59,209 bases of DNA from a bacterium UBA2219 (lineage in GTDB: Bacteria > Desulfobacterota > Deferrimicrobia > Deferrimicrobiales > Deferrimicrobiaceae): positions 31,379-90,587 of the forward strand of contig DCUH01000073.1 in NCBI GenBank assembly GCA_002327765.1, read 5' to 3'. Under the pieces are notes generated by a model. The model did not search any database and was not told the origin of the DNA. It worked only from the letters and a program-made list of their open reading frames with translations. A program made the translations under genes and the position numbers. Shown here one piece after another: positions 31,260 to 39,834 of the stretch (positions are counted from its first letter, which is position 1; the number at the start of each line of letters is the position of its first letter).

Positions 31260-31586
31260 GTGGCCGATAAACGAGATAAGTCCAGGAAGAAGGATAGCGT
31301 CCGTTTCGCCGTGATCCACCCGAAGTCCTCGACCCCCCTGTCGTTCTCCGACCGGCTGTTCGCCCAAGCGAACCTTTCCTTCGGAAGGCGGGTGGCCGCC
31401 ATCCTGTACGCGGCGGTCTCCCTCTGCGCGGGCTCCGCCCTCATCGCGCTGGGCGTGCGGGACCGGAGCTGGCCGTTCGGCGTCCCGGGCGCGCTGGCGG
31501 TCCTTTACGGGGTGATGTGGGCGCGGGCGGCGTGCGAGGGCAGGCTGCCGGGGGGGCGTCTCCGCGTGTTCCCCTGGGGGCGGTGA
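31260..31586 (+). CDS. small hypothetical membrane protein (start uncertain)
   Basis: ORF 31164..31586, but its first 32 codons run through the palindrome. GTG 31260 has GGAG 6 nt upstream. The C-terminal half has two hydrophobic helices (VAAILYAAVSLCAGSALIALG, FGVPGALAVLYGVMWA). Confidence 0.35.
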   Translation: MADKRDKSRKKDSVRFAVIHPKSSTPLSFSDRLFAQANLSFGRRVAAILYAAVSLCAGSALIALGVRDRSWPFGVPGALAVLYGVMWARAACEGRLPGGRLRVFPWGR

Positions 31587-31625
31587 AGGCCCCGGGCCGG
31601 CTTTAGGCCGAGGCGTTAAAAAAAA

Positions 31626-31649
31626 GGCGCGGGGGGTTTCCCCCGCGCC
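31626..31649. terminator. bidirectional intrinsic terminator (serves hcp on the minus strand and the small ORF on the plus strand)
   Basis: AAAAAAAA-GGCGCGGGGG-GTTT-CCCCCGCGCC-TTTTCCTTTT: 10-bp GC stem, 4-nt loop, A-tract before and T-tract after. Confidence 0.7.
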
Positions 31650-31682
31650 TTTTCCTTTTCCGTGCGCGCGTGCGCTGTTTTT

Positions 31683-33320
31683 TTAGCCCAACGCCGCCTT
31701 GAGGTCGCCTTCGGGGGTCCCGATGGGTCCGATGTTGTACTTCTCGACGAGGAAGTTGAGCACGTTGGGCGTGATGAACGCCGGCAGGCTCGGCCCGATC
31801 TTGATGTTCTTTATCCCCAGGTGGAGCAGCGTCAGGAGGACGGCGACCGCCTTCTGCTCGTACCAGGAAAGGATGATGGACAGCGGCAGGTCGTTGACGC
31901 CGCATTTGAACGCGCCGGCCAGCGCCAGGGCGATCTGCACCGCGGAGTAGGTGTCGTTGCACTGCCCGACATCGAGGAGCCGGGGGATGCCGCCGATGTC
32001 GCCGAGGTCGAGCGTGTTGAACCGGTATTTCCCGCACGCCAGCGTCAGGATCACCGTGTCCTTGGGCGCCTTCTCCACGAGCTCGGTGTAGTAGTTCCGG
32101 CCCGGCTTGGCGCCGTCGCAGCCGCCGACGACGAAGAAGCGCTTGATGGCCCCCTTCTGCACCGCGTCGATCACCTTGTCGGCCACGCCGAGGACCGCGT
32201 TGTGGCCGAACCCGACGAGGATCTCCTTGCCCGGCTTCTCCTCGAGGGCCGGGAGCTCTTTGGCCTTCCCGATGACCTGCGAGAAATCGTATCCCTCGAC
32301 GTGCTTGACGCCGGGCCACCGGACCAGCCCCCAGGTGAACACCCGGTCCTTGTAGCTGTCGGCCGGCCTCTGGATGCAGTTGGTGTTGAAGATGATGGCG
32401 CCGGGGAACCCGGGGAACTCCTTCTGCTGGTCCTGCCACGCGCCGCCGAAGTTGCCGGCCAGGTGGGCGTACTTCTTCAGCCCGGGGTAGCCGTGGGCGG
32501 GCAGCATCTCTCCGTGGGTGTACACGTTCACGCCGGTCCCCTCGGTCTGCTTGAGGAGCTCCTCGAGGAAGCGCAGGTCGTGCCCGGAGACCATGATCGC
32601 CTTGCCGGCCTTAGTGCCGGTCTGGACCGGCGTCGGGACCGGGGCGCCGAACCGCTCGATGTGGGCCTGGTTGAGCAGCTCCATCGTGACGTAGTTGATC
32701 CGGCCGACCTCCAGCGCGATACCGACGTACTCCCCGAGCTCCAGCTTGTCGTTGATCAGGTTCGCCAGCGCCTGGTGCGTGAAGGCGTAGATTTCCTCCG
32801 ATTCCTTGCCGAGCGCGAGGGCGTGATGCGCATAGGCGGCGTACCCCTTGATCCCGTAGAGGATGACCTGGCGCAGCGACAGGATGTCGGCGTCGACCCG
32901 GCCTTCCTTCACCCCGTGCTGCTCGCCCAGCGCGACCTGGGCGGCCCGGTCTTCCGGCAGCTCCCATAGCTTTGCGGCGGCGGGGACGAACCCGCTGAAC
33001 TCGCGGCCGTTGTTCTTCGCGAAGAGCTCCTTCGCCTTCTTCTTCAGGCGCACCGCTTCGGCGACGAGGGCCGCGATCGCGTCGGGGTCGAAATCGACGT
33101 TGGTGATGGTGGCGAACAGGGCGTCGATCACGAAGCGGTCGATCTCCTCGTCCTTGCCGCCGACCGCCCGGCTCATGTCGGCCCAGTAACCTACCCCCTT
33201 TACGGCGTGGACCAGCAGGTCCTGGAGCGCGGCGACGTCGGGCTGCTTTCCGCAGACCCCCGATACGGTGCATCCGGTCCCCTTCGCGGTCTGCTCGCAC
33301 TGGCAACAGAACATCGACAT
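31683..33320 (-). CDS. hcp: hydroxylamine reductase / hybrid-cluster protein
   Basis: 545 aa. MSMFCCQCEQTAKGTGCTVSGVCGK (N-terminal Cys cluster motif), full length, SD AAGGAGG. Confidence 0.92.
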   Translation of the reverse strand: MSMFCCQCEQTAKGTGCTVSGVCGKQPDVAALQDLLVHAVKGVGYWADMSRAVGGKDEEIDRFVIDALFATITNVDFDPDAIAALVAEAVRLKKKAKELFAKNNGREFSGFVPAAAKLWELPEDRAAQVALGEQHGVKEGRVDADILSLRQVILYGIKGYAAYAHHALALGKESEEIYAFTHQALANLINDKLELGEYVGIALEVGRINYVTMELLNQAHIERFGAPVPTPVQTGTKAGKAIMVSGHDLRFLEELLKQTEGTGVNVYTHGEMLPAHGYPGLKKYAHLAGNFGGAWQDQQKEFPGFPGAIIFNTNCIQRPADSYKDRVFTWGLVRWPGVKHVEGYDFSQVIGKAKELPALEEKPGKEILVGFGHNAVLGVADKVIDAVQKGAIKRFFVVGGCDGAKPGRNYYTELVEKAPKDTVILTLACGKYRFNTLDLGDIGGIPRLLDVGQCNDTYSAVQIALALAGAFKCGVNDLPLSIILSWYEQKAVAVLLTLLHLGIKNIKIGPSLPAFITPNVLNFLVEKYNIGPIGTPEGDLKAALG

Positions 33321-33400
33321 GGTCTTGCCTCCTTTTTTCCGATGAGAGCTTGAATTCGCTGCTTGACCGACAATGTAATCCCTGTATGGGAGCAGATGCT

Positions 33401-33414
33401 TTGACGCAGGTCAA
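33401..33414. promoter_or_regulatory. candidate CRP/FNR-family operator TTGAC-gcag-GTCAA upstream of hcp
   Basis: Perfect 5+4+5 palindrome centred about 87 nt upstream of the hcp ATG. A TACATT -10-like hexamer (minus strand, 33377-33372) sits at the distance expected for a class II (-41.5) site. Confidence 0.45.
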
Positions 33415-33448
33415 GGTTTCGAACGGTCCCGGAAGGCGCAATGAAAAA

Positions 33449-33470
33449 GGCGCGGGGGAGATCCCGCGCC
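33449..33470 (-). terminator. intrinsic terminator after the Hcp-N paralogue
   Basis: AAAAA-GGCGCGGG-ggagat-CCCGCGCC-TTTTCC. On the minus strand the stem is followed by TTTTT. Nearly the same stem sequence as the hcp terminator at 31626. Confidence 0.65.
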
Positions 33471-33530
33471 TTTTCCGTTGCTGCGGAGCCGCGTCGCCGG
33501 ACGGAGAACGCCCGGTGCGGAGGGACGTTA

Positions 33531-34049
33531 CTACGCGAGGCTCTTCAGGACCGCGTCGTACTCGTCCTTGTCCATCTTGTCGTTGACCAGGCTGGCCAGC
33601 GCCTGGTCGATGAGGGCGCAAACCGCTTCCGTTCCCGTGCCTTTCGTGGAGGCGGCGATCTTCTTGACGCCGTTGTAGATTTCCTCGCGCACCGCAGCGA
33701 TCTCCGGCCGGACCCTGGGATCCTTGCCCCCGAACTGCTCGCCCAGCGCGACCTGGCCCGCGCGGTCTTCCGGGATGTCGAAGATCTTCGCGGGGGCGGG
33801 AACGAACCCGCTGAACTCGCGGCCGTTCTTCTTCGCGAAGAGCTCCTTCGCCTTTTTCTTCATCTCCGCCGCCTTGACGATCAGCGCGGACGTCTCGTCG
33901 GCGCCGGTGTTGTCGGCGGAAAGGGCCTTGATCAGGAAGCCGTCGATCTCCTCGTCCTTTCCGCCCACACAGCGAGCCATGTCGGCCCAGTAGCCGACTC
34001 CTTTCACGGCGTACGTCAGAAGACTTTGCAACGCGGTCTGTTCGGACAT
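33531..34049 (-). CDS. Hcp domain-1-only paralogue lacking all N-terminal cluster cysteines (172 aa)
   Basis: Aligns to Hcp residues about 1-205: LQSLLTYAVKGVGYWADMARCVGGKDEEIDGF / LQDLLVHAVKGVGYWADMSRAVGGKDEEIDRF, and KKKAKELFAKKNGREFSGFVPAPAK / KKKAKELFAKNNGREFSGFVPAAAK. Own SD AAAGGAG, intact frame, own terminator. Confidence 0.6.
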   Translation of the reverse strand: MSEQTALQSLLTYAVKGVGYWADMARCVGGKDEEIDGFLIKALSADNTGADETSALIVKAAEMKKKAKELFAKKNGREFSGFVPAPAKIFDIPEDRAGQVALGEQFGGKDPRVRPEIAAVREEIYNGVKKIAASTKGTGTEAVCALIDQALASLVNDKMDKDEYDAVLKSLA

Positions 34050-34248
34050 GTTCTTGTCTCCTTTTTCTGGTAAGGGCTTTTTTTTCAGGCCCTATTCATG
34101 GTCGATGAAGGCCGGCAGGGACCGAGGGGAAAATAGGTCGGATGGTCGGACCAGCCAGCCGTTGATCGCAAGAATCGGCTTGTGCGCCCTTCCTTCAGGT
34201 GGCATCGTGTGTTCAGCGGGGAGCATGACAGGGAAACGGAGGCCGAGC

Positions 34249-35088
34249 ATGCCGGCTGCTGATTACGCACGTTTTTCGGAAAGGATTTTATACCCCGGAA
34301 AAAAATTCCGCAACCCCCCGGAACCGGTGGCGGCATCCGGGTCCGCGGGCGCGGGCGGGTCCGCGTCCCGGCGGTCGCCCGCGAGGAAGCCGGGGATCGG
34401 GGCGGTACGGCCCCGGGAGTTTCCTTGCGCGGAATACCTAAAGGATATACTAAAAGAAACAAGGGCTTATCTTGAATCTCAACGCGAAAAAGCGCCGTCG
34501 GGACCCGGTTCCCGGCAGCGCCTTCGCATCGTCGTCGCCTCCGTCGGGGCGGGGGAAGAAGCGTCCGGAACGGGTATCATAATTCGTTACGGGGTGCACC
34601 GGGGGCCTTTCGGCCGCTTTTTCCTGGCGGCGTCGGGGAGGGACATATTCGCATTGAAGTTCCTATCCGGGCGGTCCACGGGGAAGGAGATCGCGTCGCT
34701 CCGGAAGTCGTGGCCCGGAGCGAGAATCCTCGAGGACCGGGGCGGCACGAAGGATGCGGCCGAACGGATCTTCGGGCGGACAGGGAAGCGCCGCGGCGCC
34801 CCGTTGCGCGCGGTCGTCAAGGGCACCGGTTTCCAGGTCGAGGTATGGAAGGCCGTCGCGTGCATCCCCCCGGGATTCGTCCTTTCCTACGAGGATGTCG
34901 CCGCGCGGGTCGGGGCCCCTCGCGCCGTTCGCGCGGTCGGGACCGCGGTGGGCCGCAATCCGGTGCCGTACCTCATCCCCTGCCACAGGGTCATCCGGAA
35001 GACGGGGGAGCCCGGGAACTACGGAGGCGGGACGGCCCGCAAGGAAGCAATGCTCGCCCTGGAGGCGGCGCGCCGGGGGAAAAGGTGA
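34249..35088 (+). CDS. ogt: methylated-DNA-[protein]-cysteine S-methyltransferase (start uncertain)
   Basis: Active-site block NPVPYLIPCHRVI plus FQVEVWKAVACIPPGFVLSYEDVA. ATG 34249 has GGAGG 6 nt upstream, but the first 110 or so codons are low complexity. Alternative in-frame GTGs at 34327 and 34594. Confidence 0.7.
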   Translation: MPAADYARFSERILYPGKKFRNPPEPVAASGSAGAGGSASRRSPARKPGIGAVRPREFPCAEYLKDILKETRAYLESQREKAPSGPGSRQRLRIVVASVGAGEEASGTGIIIRYGVHRGPFGRFFLAASGRDIFALKFLSGRSTGKEIASLRKSWPGARILEDRGGTKDAAERIFGRTGKRRGAPLRAVVKGTGFQVEVWKAVACIPPGFVLSYEDVAARVGAPRAVRAVGTAVGRNPVPYLIPCHRVIRKTGEPGNYGGGTARKEAMLALEAARRGKR

Positions 35089-35183
35089 TCTCCCGGAGGC
35101 GTCCCGGTCCGGGCGATGTGATACGATTCCAACCGGTCCTCGCGGAGGACCGGGGTGGTTTTTCCCGCCAGGAGGTGCGACGG

Positions 35184-35510
35184 ATGAAACGAACCGCTGC
35201 CACAACGTCCGTCCTGCTCGTGATCGTCTTCGTTTTCCCCGCCTTCCGGGCCGCTTCGGCCGAGGAGGCCGGGGCGAAAGACCCCGGCTATTTCCGGGTC
35301 GAGCTCAAGGCCGGCGAATCGTTCGACATGTGCGCTTCCGGCGAGATCGTTTGCCCGGCGAGGGGCGCCATCTGCGACGACCTGAAGGTCGCCGTGCCCG
35401 CGGAACTTCCGGGCGGGATCGGCTTCACGGGGGTGTCCCCCGGGACGACGATCTGCTCCGCGGCTTCCGCCATCGGGCCGCGCCGCGTGTTCCGCATCAC
35501 GGTGCGCTGA
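35184..35510 (+). CDS. small secreted protein (signal peptide; beta-rich domain reminiscent of pilus-formation/secretin N-terminal domains)
   Basis: MKRTAATTSVLLVIVFVFPAFRAASA signal peptide, SD GGAGG 8 nt upstream. ...GFTGVSPGTTICSAA...RRVFRITV. Confidence 0.55.
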   Translation: MKRTAATTSVLLVIVFVFPAFRAASAEEAGAKDPGYFRVELKAGESFDMCASGEIVCPARGAICDDLKVAVPAELPGGIGFTGVSPGTTICSAASAIGPRRVFRITVR

Positions 35511-35515
35511 CGCGG

Positions 35516-36229
35516 ATGTCCGTCGAACCGGCAGGGAAGCCGACGCGGAACGGGACCTGGCTCAAGTTCCTCCTGCTGCTCTTCATCGTCGCCGGGCTGG
35601 GGGGGCTGCTGTACTGGACGGGGTTGGCAGGGTTCTTCTTCGACCGGGAGCGGCTGACCCGTTTCCTCGATTCCCTCGGGATGTGGAGTTTCGCGGGGTT
35701 CATCTTCCTCCAGGTCGTCCAGGTGATCGCCGCGCCCATCCCGGGGGAGGTCTCCGGGTTCCTCGGCGGTTACCTTTACGGCCCGTACCTCGGTACCCTG
35801 CTGAACACGATCGGGCTGACGCTAGGCTCCGTCATCGCCTTCCAGCTTTCGAGGACCTTCGGGCGGCCGGCGGTCGACCGGCTGGTCGACCCCCGGACCA
35901 TGCAGCGTTTCGACTTCCTGCTCCACCACAAGGGGGCGTTCCTCGTCTTCCTGTTGTTCCTTCTCCCGGGGTTTCCCAAGGATTATCTCTGCTACATCCT
36001 CGGCCTGGGGCACCTGCCCCTGCTCACGTTCCTGTGGATCGGGGCGACGGGGCGCCTCCTGGGCACGATCATGCTCACCTTCGGAGGGTCCTTCCTTCGC
36101 CAGCAGAAGTACATGGAGCTGTCGCTGCTGGCGGGGGCGGCGGTCGTCGTCATCTTCCTGGCGCTGGTCTACAAGGACGACCTCGAGCGCCGGTTCAAGG
36201 CCTTCCACGAGAAGCACCCACGGAAATGA
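35516..36229 (+). CDS. TVP38/TMEM64 (DedA-related) family membrane protein
   Basis: 237 aa. ...FLQVVQVIAAPIPGEVSGFLGGYLYGP...LLPGFPKDYLCYILGL... family pattern. Confidence 0.8.
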   Translation: MSVEPAGKPTRNGTWLKFLLLLFIVAGLGGLLYWTGLAGFFFDRERLTRFLDSLGMWSFAGFIFLQVVQVIAAPIPGEVSGFLGGYLYGPYLGTLLNTIGLTLGSVIAFQLSRTFGRPAVDRLVDPRTMQRFDFLLHHKGAFLVFLLFLLPGFPKDYLCYILGLGHLPLLTFLWIGATGRLLGTIMLTFGGSFLRQQKYMELSLLAGAAVVVIFLALVYKDDLERRFKAFHEKHPRK

Positions 36230-36276
36230 TCCGCCGCGTCCGGGCCCGGACGCGGAATCCGTGGTAATATGCGCGG

Positions 36277-36498
36277 ATGGCCAAGGAAGATCTCGCCAAC
36301 CTGGAAGGGATCGTCGTGGAGGCCCGCGGCGGCGGGACGTTCGTCGTCCGGCTGGAAAACGGGCAGACGCTGAATGCCAAGCTCGGCGGCGGCATGCGGC
36401 GGTTCCACATCCGGGTTATCCCCGGGGACCGGGTCACCGTCGGCGTTTCCCCCTATGACCCGTCGCACGGGCTGATCCTGCATCGCGCCAGGAACTGA
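36277..36498 (+). CDS. infA: translation initiation factor IF-1
   Basis: 73 aa. MAKEDLANLEGIVVEARGGGTFVVRLENGQTLNAKLGGGMRRFHIRVIPGDRVTVGVSPYD. Confidence 0.95.
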   Translation: MAKEDLANLEGIVVEARGGGTFVVRLENGQTLNAKLGGGMRRFHIRVIPGDRVTVGVSPYDPSHGLILHRARN

Positions 36499-36571
36499 TC
36501 TCGCTTTCGGGAACAAGCCGGTTGCCATCCGCCCGATTTTATGCGATGAATAGTCCCTGCCGGAGGGATCC

Positions 36572-36922
36572 ATGAGCCGGGTTGCTGCTCGAAGCGATGC
36601 GGTGAGATTCGTCGTCCTCGCGGTGGCCTGCATGATGGTCGTGTCCGTCGGCGGGTCGGGCGGGTACGTGTTCCTTTCCGACGGGTCCGTCTTCAGCCTG
36701 CGCGTAGCCGCCCCTATCCAGTACGCCCACCACGAGGAAACCGGCGAAGACGGGGCGGACGCCTGCGAGGCCGGCACCCTGGCGCTCGGCATGGAAGCGC
36801 TCGGCGAATCGTTCGCCCCGGAATTATCGCCCCTTTCGGACGGGGGATGGATCTCTCCCCTTTCGGTGACCATCCACAGCTCCGCGCATCTTCCAAGGAT
36901 CTATCGCCCGCCGATCCTCTGA
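36572..36922 (+). CDS. hypothetical membrane-anchored protein
   Basis: 116-aa ORF with one N-terminal hydrophobic helix and moderately high GC3. No homology recognised. Confidence 0.3.
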   Translation: MSRVAARSDAVRFVVLAVACMMVVSVGGSGGYVFLSDGSVFSLRVAAPIQYAHHEETGEDGADACEAGTLALGMEALGESFAPELSPLSDGGWISPLSVTIHSSAHLPRIYRPPIL

Positions 36923-37062
36923 TTCCCGAAACGTTCCGCCGACCCTTGGGACCTGAAGGCGCCGCCGGACGTTCCGCCGGCGCACGCACGGGCATCGGGC
37001 CGCCCCGCTTCCCGCGGGGCCGCCCTCGGGAGACACAAGGAAACCGCGGTGGAGGAAGCAGG

Positions 37063-37281
37063 ATGAAAACCTACACGTACACGGTTTTGCTGGATTCGAA
37101 AGTGGATGGAGGATACCGGGCGAAGTGCCCCGCGCTGCCCGGCGTCCGCGCGTACGGCGACACGAGGAAGGAGGCGATCCAGAACATCCGGATCTCCATC
37201 AGCCACAAGCTGGACACGCTGATCGCGAGCGGCAGGCGCATCCCGAAGGACGGGGATTCGACGGGACGGGCCGCCCGGTAG
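37063..37281 (+). CDS. HicB-like (UPF0150) antitoxin-fold protein, 72 aa
   Basis: ATG 37063 with SD GGAGGAAG. YTVLLDSKVDGGYRAKCPALPGVRAYGDTRKEAIQNIRISISHKLD is the HicB N-terminal fold pattern. No C-terminal RHH/HTH. Confidence 0.65.
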   Translation: MKTYTYTVLLDSKVDGGYRAKCPALPGVRAYGDTRKEAIQNIRISISHKLDTLIASGRRIPKDGDSTGRAAR

Positions 37282-37364
37282 GGAAAGCGGGTCGGAGGCA
37301 TCGCGGGGGCGCCGCCCCCGGCGGACGGATCGCCGGGGAGGCGCCCCCGTTGTATTTTCCCCGA

Positions 37365-38594
37365 TCAGTAATTCTTCCGGATCCGCTCCACCGCTTCGGC
37401 GATGTCGTCGCGGCTGCCGAAGGCGGACAGGCGGAAGAACCCCTCGCCGGACGGGCCGAACCCGCTTCCCGGGGTGCCCACTACGTGGCAGCCCGTGAGC
37501 AGCTTGTCGAAGAACTCCCAGGACGATATGCCGCCGGGGGTCTTGAGCCAGATGTAGGGGGCGTTCACGCCTCCGTACACCGTGAACCCCGCGCTTTTCA
37601 GCCCTTCCCGGATGACCCCGGCGTTCCCCATGTAGTACTCGATGGTCTCCATGGTCTGGCGCCACCCCTCGGCGGAGTAGACCGCAGCCGCCGCCTTCTG
37701 CACGGGGTAGGAAACGCCGTTGAACTTCGTGGTCTGCCGCCGGTTCCATAGCCGGTTCAGCGGCACGCGATCCCCGGAGGGCGTCTTCGCCGAGACCTCT
37801 TCCGGCACCACGGCGAAGGCGCACCGGACGCCGGTGAAGCCGGCCGTCTTGGAGAAGCTGCGGAACTCGATGGCGCATCGCCCGGCGCCCTCGATCTCGT
37901 AGATGGAATGCGGGTACCCGGGCTCCGTGATGAACGCCTCGTAGGCGGCGTCGTAGAAGATCACGGCGTCGTTCGCCAGCGCGTAGTCGACCCACATTTT
38001 CAGCTGCCGCGCATCCGCGACCATCCCGGTGGGGTTGTTCGGGGAGCAGAGGTAGACGATGTCCACCCGCTCCTTCGGAAGGGCGGGGAAGAACCCGTTC
38101 CCCTCCGTGCAGGGCAGGTAGACGATCCCCTGGTAATACCCCCGCTCGTCCGGGGGGCCGGAGCGGCCGACCATGACGTTCGTGTCGTTATAGACCGGGT
38201 ATACCGGATCCGCGATGGCGACCCGGTTGTCGAGCGCGAAGATGTCGAGGATGTTCGCGGTGTCGCACTTGGAGCCGTCGGAGACGAAGATCTCGGAGGG
38301 CTTGAGGCGGATCCCCAGCGGCGCGTACGCCTTCTCGATGATCGTGTCGATGAGGAAGCCGTACCCCTGCTCGGGCCCGTACCCCATGAAGGTCTTCTCC
38401 TCGCCGAGCTCGGACACGGCGTCGTGGAACGCCTTCAGGACGGCGGGCGGCAGGGGGCGGGTGACGTCGCCGATCCCGAGCCGGACGATCTTCGCGGCCG
38501 GGTTCGCCTCGGCGAACGCCCGGACCCGGCGGCCGATCTCCGGGAAAAGGTAGCCGGCCGAAAGCTTCAGGTAATGCTCGTTGACGCGCGCCAT
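37365..38594 (-). CDS. dapL: LL-diaminopimelate aminotransferase
   Basis: 409 aa. [24 protein letters not shown]...[10 protein letters not shown]...[13 protein letters not shown]... is the DapL signature. Confidence 0.9.
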   Translation of the reverse strand: MARVNEHYLKLSAGYLFPEIGRRVRAFAEANPAAKIVRLGIGDVTRPLPPAVLKAFHDAVSELGEEKTFMGYGPEQGYGFLIDTIIEKAYAPLGIRLKPSEIFVSDGSKCDTANILDIFALDNRVAIADPVYPVYNDTNVMVGRSGPPDERGYYQGIVYLPCTEGNGFFPALPKERVDIVYLCSPNNPTGMVADARQLKMWVDYALANDAVIFYDAAYEAFITEPGYPHSIYEIEGAGRCAIEFRSFSKTAGFTGVRCAFAVVPEEVSAKTPSGDRVPLNRLWNRRQTTKFNGVSYPVQKAAAAVYSAEGWRQTMETIEYYMGNAGVIREGLKSAGFTVYGGVNAPYIWLKTPGGISSWEFFDKLLTGCHVVGTPGSGFGPSGEGFFRLSAFGSRDDIAEAVERIRKNY

Positions 38595-38650
38595 GGGCAC
38601 GATCCTTTCGGAAAGGAGTGGGAGGCGTCCAGGGAATGTACCACGATTCC

Positions 38651-39175
38651 CTACCGGGCGAATCGCCCCGCGCGGAGGAGCGCCACGATCGTCTTGGCGT
38701 CCAGGATCTCTCCACCGTCCGCGGCCATCCGGAGCGCCTCCTCGAGGGGGATCCGCACCGTCTCGATCTCCTCGTAGTGCTCGGGGTGGGGATCGCCCTG
38801 GGAAAGGCCCGTCCCGAGGTACAGGTGGAGCATCTCGTCGAAGACGCCGGGAGACGGGTAGAAGAAGCCCAGCGGCCGGATCGACCCCGCGACGAGGCCC
38901 GTCTCCTCGGTCAGCTCGCGGCGGCCGCATTCGGCCGGGTCCTCCCCCGGGTCCAGCCGGCCCGCGGGGATCTCGAGCAGCCTCCTCCCCACGGCGGGGC
39001 GAAGCTGCCGGATCAGGGTGACGGTGCCGTCGTCGTGCAGCGGGAGGACGCCCACGCCGCCCGGGTGCCGGACGACCTGGAAGACGTGCCAGCCCTTCTC
39101 GCCGACCCGCACCTCCATCTGCTCGATCTTCACCACCAGCCCCTCGAAGAGGGTCGAACGGTTCCGGGTGTCCAT
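38651..39175 (-). CDS. NUDIX hydrolase (ADP-ribose pyrophosphatase-like)
   Basis: Nudix box [22 protein letters not shown]. Start MDTRNRS (ATG 39175). Confidence 0.8.
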   Translation of the reverse strand: MDTRNRSTLFEGLVVKIEQMEVRVGEKGWHVFQVVRHPGGVGVLPLHDDGTVTLIRQLRPAVGRRLLEIPAGRLDPGEDPAECGRRELTEETGLVAGSIRPLGFFYPSPGVFDEMLHLYLGTGLSQGDPHPEHYEEIETVRIPLEEALRMAADGGEILDAKTIVALLRAGRFAR

Positions 39176-39183
39176 GGGGGGGA

Positions 39184-39831
39184 TCACCCGGCGTACCGCA
39201 GGACGGCGGCGAAATGGAAGGAGGTGCCGGCGATCACGAACAGGTGCCAGACGAAGTGGGCGTAACGGAGCCGCTTCGCCGCGTAGAATCCCGTGCCCGC
39301 CGTGTAGGCGATGCCGCCCGCCGCCAGCAGGAAGAGGCCGGCCGGCGGCATGCGGAGCCACAACGGCTTCACCGCGGCCACGACGACCCACCCCATGGCC
39401 AGGTACAGCGCCATCGAGAGCTTCGGGTAACGGACGCCGCCGGCGGCGGTCAGGGCGATGCCGGCGGCGGCCATGCACCACACCAGCCCCAGGAGCGTCC
39501 AGCCCCACGCGCCGCGGAGGACCCCGATCGTGAACGGGGTGTACGTGCCGGCGATCAGCAGGAAGATCGCCGCGTGGTCCAGCGCCCGGAACACGGACTT
39601 GGCCCGGGGAGAGGGGAGGGCGTGGTACAGGGTGGAAAACAGGTAAAGAAGGACCGCCGACGTCGCGAACACGGCGGCCCCCGCGACGGCGGCAGCGCCC
39701 CCCCGGCGGGACGCGGAATAGATCAGGAACGGGGCGGCGGCCAGCGACGCGACCAGCCCGGCGCCGTGGCTCACGCTGTTGGCGATCTCCTCTCCCCTGG
39801 ACTGCGGGCGCTTCTGGGGTGACTCGGCCAT
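39184..39831 (-). CDS. hemolysin III / PAQR family membrane protein
   Basis: 215 aa. ANSVSHGAG..., [36 protein letters not shown]. Confidence 0.85.
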   Translation of the reverse strand: MAESPQKRPQSRGEEIANSVSHGAGLVASLAAAPFLIYSASRRGGAAAVAGAAVFATSAVLLYLFSTLYHALPSPRAKSVFRALDHAAIFLLIAGTYTPFTIGVLRGAWGWTLLGLVWCMAAAGIALTAAGGVRYPKLSMALYLAMGWVVVAAVKPLWLRMPPAGLFLLAAGGIAYTAGTGFYAAKRLRYAHFVWHLFVIAGTSFHFAAVLRYAG

Positions 39832-39834
39832 GGT

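Noticed and set aside
34162-34176. TTGATcgcaAGAAT upstream of the Hcp-N paralogue, as a second FNR-type box.
   Set aside because: Only the left half-site matches; the right half matches 2 of 5 positions.
36572-36922. Considered this ORF as the missing HicA toxin for the HicB-like gene.
   Set aside because: It has no HicA-like motif, it has a hydrophobic N-terminal anchor, it is 116 aa rather than about 60, and a 140-nt gap separates the two genes.
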